Shown: positions 27,783 through 33,457 of the stretch, piece by piece | How positions within the stretch are numbered: position 1 is the stretch's first letter | Layout: every line of letters starts with the position of its first letter | DNA from: Promethearchaeota archaeon | Lineage (GTDB): Archaea; Asgardarchaeota; Lokiarchaeia; Sigyniarchaeales; SOKP01 | NCBI GenBank assembly: GCA_029838195.1 | Contig: JALGVJ010000037.1 | Coordinates: forward strand, 1-33,457 | Length of the DNA: 33,457 nt | Reading direction: 5' to 3' | Notes under the pieces: generated by a model | Told to the model about the DNA's origin: nothing | The model's database searches: none | What the model saw: the letters and a program-made list of their open reading frames with translations, nothing else | Translations under genes and position numbers: made by a program

Positions 27783-27822
27783 TAAAAAATTAAAAAAAAA
27801 TTCCTTGCGAACTAAAGTTCGC
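27783..27822 (-). terminator. Putative terminator downstream of the MFS gene
   Basis: Perfect inverted repeat GCGAACT-AA-AGTTCGC (27807-27822) followed on the minus strand, after 6 nt, by T-tracts. It lies between convergent genes. Confidence 0.4.
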
Positions 27823-27893
27823 TTATAATCACTAAAATTTTTTCCTTTAATTATAAGATGGATTATATCAAGGGAAAAAAAAAAATAAAATAT

Positions 27894-29303
27894 TTAAATT
27901 TTCGATTTCTTTTTTAAATGAATCTGTTTTAACTCGGCCTTTATTTTTTCTAGCCTTTCACCGTGTAGCGGATAAAAATATATGAATAACAATGAAATTA
28001 AAAGAGCAAAAGTGGGAAATAAAAACATCAAGAATTTTAAGCCTAGTATTACTTCTGACGTGACTTTTTCAGGCTCATATACGATCCATCCTGCATTCGT
28101 GAAAACAAGTCCTATTGTAAGAAAAACAGCAACCGTAGAAAGCTTATAAAAGAATGCCTTGACCCCATAATAACCTGCCTCTCTTCTCGTTCCCGTTTTA
28201 ACCTCATCCTCATCAATTATATCACTCATAATTAAATCAATGAGATAAATGGGACCAGATAAGCCTAATCCAATAATAGTAAATACGATTAATCCTTGAA
28301 TCTTGTCCTGAATGATTATTAGAGGTATTAATGTCAAGATCCAAACGGTGGCTGAAATTAACCATGTTTTTTTAGTACCAATCTTTTGAACAATCGGGTT
28401 CCATAATATGTTCATGAAAATTGCTGCTGAGATGAAAGCAAGTGCTAACATTAATGCTAAATAAATCGTTTCGCCTTCGCCGATTCCTAATACAAATTTA
28501 CCATATAATGGGATAATAGTCGTTTGAATTCCTATCACGTACCACATTGCTATCTCCGCGGGTAAATATTTCAAAAAAGTCTTATTTTTTCCGCATGTTT
28601 TTAAAGACTCAAAGAAACTAGGTACATGTTTGTATTCTTCTCGAAATTCTGCCTTTTCTTTGGGACTAAATTTTAAGAAACCAAGTCCCGCAACAATTAT
28701 CAAAATAGCAATGAAGATGCCAAAAAGTTGATATTGGGGTAAATATATTGGATTAGAGAAATCAGGAATGAAAATGGTCGGTAGCCCAAATGTCACGATT
28801 AATGTTATAAGATATACGGTCATCCTCACGGCATTTGCTTTAGTTCTCTCTTCTTTTGTAATGAATAATTCCGGAAAGAGCGCAATTAGGTTCACATCAA
28901 ACATCGTGTAAAATAATTCAAATAAAAGAATGATTATCAAAAAATAAATAAAATTTAATCCTTGATCTCTGATTCCTATTGAAATAGGAGGTGTAAAAAG
29001 AAAGAACATGATTAATGCTAAAGGTACTAATGAAATCATTATATATGGATATCGACGACCCCATCTGGTATGTGTCTTATCTGATATAGACCCCAATAAA
29101 GGATCATTGACGCTATTCCACGCGGACCATATCATAAATGCTAATGTCACTAACATTACATTAATACCTACCACCGTGAAATAAAACGTGAATATTAACA
29201 AGGAGAAAGATTGATATGAAGCATTATTGATGATTTGGCCAATGCTATAGGACAAGGCGCGTTTTAAAGAATAAGATTCTTCATTTTTTTTTGGAGCACT
29301 CAT
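27894..29303 (-). CDS. MFS transporter, glycoside-pentoside-hexuronide (MelB/MFS_2-like) family
   Basis: About 12 hydrophobic segments, WNSVNDPLLG.ISDKT.TRWGRR.PY, SDIIDEDE.KTG.RREAGYYG, and C-terminal YPL. Confidence 0.9.
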   Translation of the reverse strand: MSAPKKNEESYSLKRALSYSIGQIINNASYQSFSLLIFTFYFTVVGINVMLVTLAFMIWSAWNSVNDPLLGSISDKTHTRWGRRYPYIMISLVPLALIMFFLFTPPISIGIRDQGLNFIYFLIIILLFELFYTMFDVNLIALFPELFITKEERTKANAVRMTVYLITLIVTFGLPTIFIPDFSNPIYLPQYQLFGIFIAILIIVAGLGFLKFSPKEKAEFREEYKHVPSFFESLKTCGKNKTFLKYLPAEIAMWYVIGIQTTIIPLYGKFVLGIGEGETIYLALMLALAFISAAIFMNILWNPIVQKIGTKKTWLISATVWILTLIPLIIIQDKIQGLIVFTIIGLGLSGPIYLIDLIMSDIIDEDEVKTGTRREAGYYGVKAFFYKLSTVAVFLTIGLVFTNAGWIVYEPEKVTSEVILGLKFLMFLFPTFALLISLLFIYFYPLHGERLEKIKAELKQIHLKKKSKI

Positions 29304-29525
29304 CTTAAAATCGTCATTAATTAATGATAATATAATAAGGTCATTGGTCGATTGATTTAAAAAATTTTCATTTCTTCCCCCTATTTAATTTGAACTATAC
29401 ATTGATGCTAAAAAATTTTTAAAAAAGAGTTTTTTTCATACCATGAATCATGCTATTAACTGGAAATTTAATATTTTCCAAAAAACTCTCAGGCAATTAA
29501 TTTTAGTCCTAATTTTAATCTCATA

Positions 29526-30617
29526 TTAATGAATGCTTAAACATTTACCTAAACACTGATTAATGCACGCATGACAATTTATACATTTATTTGGATAAAG
29601 CAATTTCGCTTTTTTCTCATTTGTATCGAATTTAAACACGAATCTCGGACAAACTTCAATACAGAATTTACATCCAATGCAATCATCTTCTTTAATGCGG
29701 ATATCTCCATAAGCACTTAGTTTATATTCACTGAACAAGAATTTCATGGTTTTCTTGCCTTTTTTCCAGCTTCGTTCACCTAATTCACTTTTATAGATGG
29801 GAGTTAATCCATGAAAATCTTCTCCCATTATTAGCAAGATCAAGCTCGCCAAAATAATATCCCATGTAAAATAGAAGATATTCGGTTTTAAAATTAAATT
29901 GTAAATAGCTATTAAAGTTAAAATAATCGACCCATATAGGATAATTTTAATATATCCCTTTTGAATGTTAATGGAGGGAAGAATGATCATGGAGCCATGA
30001 ATGGTTATCACTAAAATCAGCGTGGAATGGATGTATAAAATTAAATTCAAAAAAGGCATGAAAATGGCACCAATCCAATAAATGAGGGTAATTAACAAAA
30101 AAAGCATGAAAAAATAGAGATTTCCCATTTCTATTCTATGAGAGAGAGGAAATCTAACTTCTCTTTCCGCTTCCGTTTTTTTAAAATTGTTTTCAATATA
30201 GGAGGGAATGTCTTTTGCGTAAACAGGGCCAAATTTTACATTCCATCCCGTTTTAAGTTTTATTTCCTTCGGATTTATGCCGGGGGCGCTTAATTGGGGG
30301 AGAATTAAAGTACGATGCGTCACTTTATCTCCGATATTAGTGGTTTTCAAGATTGAAAGAACAGAATTCGTGTTAAAATCATCACCGCAAGCCCCACACC
30401 ACACGTTAATTCCATTAGAAGGAGCCACTAAGAGATAACAATCGAGATTTTTAAGGTTTTTCAAGACTCGGTGAACTGTTAAACTAAAATTACAGGTAAG
30501 AAGGACGGGGCTGTTAGTCGTGGGCTTCCCAATTTCAATTAATTGAGGTTCCACGGGAAAGCCAATCCACCTAAAAAAGTAGGCGCCCATTAATTGTAAT
30601 CGTTTTGTGATTACCAT
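29526..30617 (-). CDS. HgcAB-like fusion protein: corrinoid-binding (CdhD/HgcA-type) domain, membrane helices, 2x[4Fe-4S] ferredoxin
   Basis: G.P...SPVLLTCNFSLT, GINVWCGACG (cap-helix variant, 30384-30407), LILPQLSAPG, G..V.FGPVYAKDIP, about 4 TM helices, CIGCKFCIEVCP and CINCHACINQC. Confidence 0.85.
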   Translation of the reverse strand: MVITKRLQLMGAYFFRWIGFPVEPQLIEIGKPTTNSPVLLTCNFSLTVHRVLKNLKNLDCYLLVAPSNGINVWCGACGDDFNTNSVLSILKTTNIGDKVTHRTLILPQLSAPGINPKEIKLKTGWNVKFGPVYAKDIPSYIENNFKKTEAEREVRFPLSHRIEMGNLYFFMLFLLITLIYWIGAIFMPFLNLILYIHSTLILVITIHGSMIILPSINIQKGYIKIILYGSIILTLIAIYNLILKPNIFYFTWDIILASLILLIMGEDFHGLTPIYKSELGERSWKKGKKTMKFLFSEYKLSAYGDIRIKEDDCIGCKFCIEVCPRFVFKFDTNEKKAKLLYPNKCINCHACINQCLGKCLSIH

Positions 30618-30634
30618 TCTATTCTCATCTTCGA

Positions 30635-31318
30635 TTATTTACCCTTTTCATTATCTAATTTTTTAGCCCGTATCAATTTTAAAGAATCTAATAAATAATT
30701 TTTGGTATCCGTGATTAAAAAACTTTGATTTTTCAATAGATTTTCTATATTTTTTAAAGGATGCGTGGTTAAATGGGTAGAAATAAAAGTGAATATTAAT
30801 AAGGGAATTCTAATCATGGTATAAATCATTTTTTTCCAAAATATATCCGGTTTAACCTCGTCTAATAATATAAATTCTCCATTAGGCTTTAAAATCCTAT
30901 GTATTTGTTTAATGCAAAATTCCCTTTCTTTTTCATACAGTTCACTAAATAATAACGAGGCAATTACTTTATCAAACGAGTTATCTTGAAAATGGGTGTC
31001 CAATTCAATAACTGAAAGCTTAATAATTTTGATCTTATCCGTTAAATTTTGTTCTTCTATTTTTTTTCTTGCGACACTTAGCATTTTTTCAGATTTATCA
31101 ATTCCCACTACTTTTAATCCTTTTTTAGCACATGATATGGCGAATGATCCCGTACCCATTCCTAAGTCTAAAAGATATTCGCCCTTATTCAAGTATTTCT
31201 CCACGATTTCTTCATGGATCTCAGATAACTTGCCAAGAGTTAAAAGCTGAATTCCTCTATCATATTTTTCTGCTTTATTTTCCAAGGATTTCATGTAAAT
31301 ATATGACATGATAATCAT
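30635..31318 (-). CDS. Class I SAM-dependent methyltransferase, corrinoid-protein-associated (CpaM-like)
   Basis: LDLGMGTG motif I, VGIDKSEKML, FD.V.ASLLFSEL, RILKPNG. N-terminal YMK.LE....YDRGI.LLTLG. It ends 17 nt upstream of the HgcAB-like gene. Alternative start at 31309. Confidence 0.85.
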   Translation of the reverse strand: MIIMSYIYMKSLENKAEKYDRGIQLLTLGKLSEIHEEIVEKYLNKGEYLLDLGMGTGSFAISCAKKGLKVVGIDKSEKMLSVARKKIEEQNLTDKIKIIKLSVIELDTHFQDNSFDKVIASLLFSELYEKEREFCIKQIHRILKPNGEFILLDEVKPDIFWKKMIYTMIRIPLLIFTFISTHLTTHPLKNIENLLKNQSFLITDTKNYLLDSLKLIRAKKLDNEKGK

Positions 31319-31451
31319 TAAATCGAAACATGATTAAAACAAGATATGTATTTTGTTTAATAAAAACAATTAGTATAATAAATAAATAATGAGCCTAAGA
31401 ATGAGCAATGGAAAGAAGATGAAATCTCTTTGAAAAGGAAAAAAGTTTGAA

Positions 31452-32879
31452 TTAAATATATCCTTGCTCATGATATTTAACCATGCGTGAGCCTGATTTT
31501 CTCCAGAGTTCAGATACTTCTGGAAATAGCTCTTGGGCTCGCTTATTTGCTTGGTTAATGATCTTTTCTTCCTCAATCTCTTGAAATTTACCATTTAACA
31601 AGATAATCTTTCCATTAATGATTACCGTGTCCACTTCATTACCTTTACCGGAATAGACCAAATTAGCGGCTAAATTACAAAAAGGCTCATGGATGATGGG
31701 AGTTAAATGAGGCACGTTGAGTTTCAGCAATATTAGATCCGCTTGTTTGCTCGGTCTCAGACTTCCAATTTTATTCTCTAAATCTAAAACACGTGCTCCT
31801 CCTAAAGTGCCCAAGTTTAAAGACGTCCAAGGGGGTAAAACGGTAGGATCTCGCTTTGCAACCTTGGATAACAAACTTGCCATTCTCATTTCAATGAATA
31901 AATCATGATGTCCCGTTCCTGGTGCCTCATCCGTTCCAATCGCAGCAATACCACCCAATTCTATGAAATCTGCCAAGGGAGGGATGATTCCATCAATTTT
32001 TGAGATTGAACTTGGACAGCCAACCATTTTTACACCATTTCGTACCATTACAGCCCTCTCTTCTCTTGTAGTATCGTGAATGTGAGCTGCTATTAATGTA
32101 GAATCCAATAGGTCGTGTTCTTTCAATAATTTTACCGTGGTCATGGAAGATCCATACCTTTTTTCGATTTGCAAACGTTCCCTCCCTCCTTGTGCCACGT
32201 GCATGTGGATTTTAGAATTGCGTTTTACAGCTTCTTCTTTTATTTCCTTTATCAAGTCTAATGATACCATATCGAGCGCATTCGGACCGTACATACAAGT
32301 GATTAACTCATCGTTTTGAAACTGCTTGAACAATTTATTTGCCCTTTTAAAAGCATTGTTCCCTAAAAAGCGATAAAATGTATAAAGATCATCTGTTTTT
32401 TTCTCTTCAGAAAAATCTAATTCCGTTATCATTTCTGTTGCCACGACTCGGACATTAAATGGTTTATACACGTTATTTAGAAGAGAAGCTAATCCAATCC
32501 CATATTCCGCAAAGGTGGTGGTTCCCGCTCGTAATCCTTCTAATACGGCTAATTTAGTTCCTAATAGAAAATCTTGTCCTTTTAAGACATCAGCAAAGAG
32601 GCTCAATCCCTTTGGCATGTATTCAATCTCAGGTAAATCATGGACCATTCCCCTACATAACGTGAGCATCGAATGGAAATGGGAATTAATCAAGCCAGGC
32701 ATTACTACCATCTTATTTTCACCATTAATAAGAATATCCGCACTCTTATAATTGAACCCTTCCATTTTTCCAACATGAATAATTTTATCGCCTTCAATTC
32801 CGATTCCACCATTTCGAATGATTCCCACCCCCTTTCCTTCCATGGTAAGAAGCCAAGTGTTGATTATAGCAATATCCAT
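31452..32879 (-). CDS. Metal-dependent amidohydrolase, MtaD/DadD/triazine hydrolase-like family
   Basis: VMPGLINSHFH, GTTT, HMHVAQ, AAH, IGTD, GSL.P.KQADL, VDTVIING. GGAGGT ribosome-binding motif at 32888-32893. Confidence 0.88.
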   Translation of the reverse strand: MDIAIINTWLLTMEGKGVGIIRNGGIGIEGDKIIHVGKMEGFNYKSADILINGENKMVVMPGLINSHFHSMLTLCRGMVHDLPEIEYMPKGLSLFADVLKGQDFLLGTKLAVLEGLRAGTTTFAEYGIGLASLLNNVYKPFNVRVVATEMITELDFSEEKKTDDLYTFYRFLGNNAFKRANKLFKQFQNDELITCMYGPNALDMVSLDLIKEIKEEAVKRNSKIHMHVAQGGRERLQIEKRYGSSMTTVKLLKEHDLLDSTLIAAHIHDTTREERAVMVRNGVKMVGCPSSISKIDGIIPPLADFIELGGIAAIGTDEAPGTGHHDLFIEMRMASLLSKVAKRDPTVLPPWTSLNLGTLGGARVLDLENKIGSLRPSKQADLILLKLNVPHLTPIIHEPFCNLAANLVYSGKGNEVDTVIINGKIILLNGKFQEIEEEKIINQANKRAQELFPEVSELWRKSGSRMVKYHEQGYI

Positions 32880-32987
32880 TCTTTTTTACCTCCAAAATGC
32901 CATTTAATTAAGACTTCATAATCGCTTTAATTTTATTGGGATTTAAAGTTATTTAGAATTTAAAATTTAAAATAGGAAAATAACCCA

Positions 32988-33029
32988 CTCTTTTTAAAAA
33001 TCTCTTTTTAAGATTCTCTTTTTAAGCAT
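32988..33029. repeat. 3 x 14-bp tandem direct repeat
   Basis: CTCTTTTTAAAAAT / CTCTTTTTAAGATT / CTCTTTTTAAGCAT at 32988, 33002 and 33016. Confidence 0.8.
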
Positions 33030-33174
33030 GAGAAATTCAGCTTTATTGAATTTTCATTTAAACATACAAATAAATTAAAACTTAAGTTTTGTATTTTTTT
33101 AATGCTTTTTAGTTAGATCTTTTATTTCCTCCTTTTAATGCTTTTCTAATTCATGAAAAAAAGGGACTCGAACA

Positions 33175-33456
33175 TCAGGCGGATTCGGACATCAACAATA
33201 ATTGCGTGCTCTGACACGTGAATTGAATGACCTCATGATTTCGGGAATTCTTTTCACGGAATTGCCACAAGAGGTCTTGAATCTTCCGCCCTCTTGAACA
33301 TTGCTCGTAGACCCAGATGAGAAACCGTTCAAACATGAGATGCCGGTACGCACGCACCTCTTTTCCCTTGGTATTCAAGAGCGTGTCCTTGCCAAAATGC
33401 CGGCCAAAACACCCCATTAGTCGATAATATTCTAAAAAAGTGGAAGTAATGAAACA
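33175..33456 (-). CDS. 3' end of an unidentified ORF entering from beyond the window (possibly a DDE transposase C-terminus)
   Basis: The frame of the 80-aa track ORF stays open to the window edge (CFITSTFLEYYRLMGCFG...). The segment is visibly more GC-rich than the adjacent intergenic DNA. No diagnostic motif is visible. Confidence 0.4.
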   Translation of the reverse strand, partial: CFITSTFLEYYRLMGCFGRHFGKDTLLNTKGKEVRAYRHLMFERFLIWVYEQCSRGRKIQDLLWQFREKNSRNHEVIQFTCQSTQLLLMSESA

Positions 33457-33457
33457 G

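Noticed and set aside
29526-30617. Bona fide mercury methylation gene hgcA/hgcB
   Set aside because: Fused architecture, non-canonical cap helix (GACG versus AAGK) and no C-terminal Cys pair. Methylation cannot be claimed from sequence.
676-32921. Numerous 60-135 aa ORFs in the track overlapping the large genes (for example 676..945, 1874..2281, 8450..8683, 10849..11130, 18906..19238, 31370..31594)
   Set aside because: They are antisense or alternate-frame shadows of well-supported genes and carry no recognisable motifs.

Overview
AT-rich, gene-dense prokaryotic chromosome segment. It is most likely an anaerobic archaeon, and Asgard/Lokiarchaeia-like is an inference from gene style and content, not a proven assignment. 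Contents in order: group 3c-type [NiFe]-hydrogenase genes (start of mvhA, and an mvhG with a duplicated Fe-S domain); hypD; a nucleoside hydrolase divergent from a mtnK-mtnA-split transketolase-like-RuBisCO-like protein (RLP) cluster; a coiled-coil PD-(D/E)XK protein with 54-bp tandem repeats; hypE; an HTH-polyferredoxin; carB and carA (glutaminase triad lost) divergent from hypF; a flavodoxin-like gene; hisF-hisH; purF; two tandem mobA paralogues; a Zn-ribbon/LURP-one protein; an MFS transporter; an HgcAB-like fused corrinoid/ferredoxin membrane protein with its partner SAM methyltransferase; an MtaD-like amidohydrolase; and the 3' end of an unidentified ORF. The best candidate for an undescribed system is 3055..10139. 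It looks like a route for SAM by-products (MTA or 5'-deoxyadenosine): hydrolase, kinase, isomerase, a KDDH-type RLP 1,3-isomerase and a non-canonical ThDP enzyme. The ThDP enzyme takes the place of the cupin or aldolase used in the known pathways, and its active-site substitutions fit a donor ketose lacking the C1 hydroxyl. No rRNA, tRNA or CRISPR array was recognised. All family assignments come from motif recognition by eye; no database search was run.
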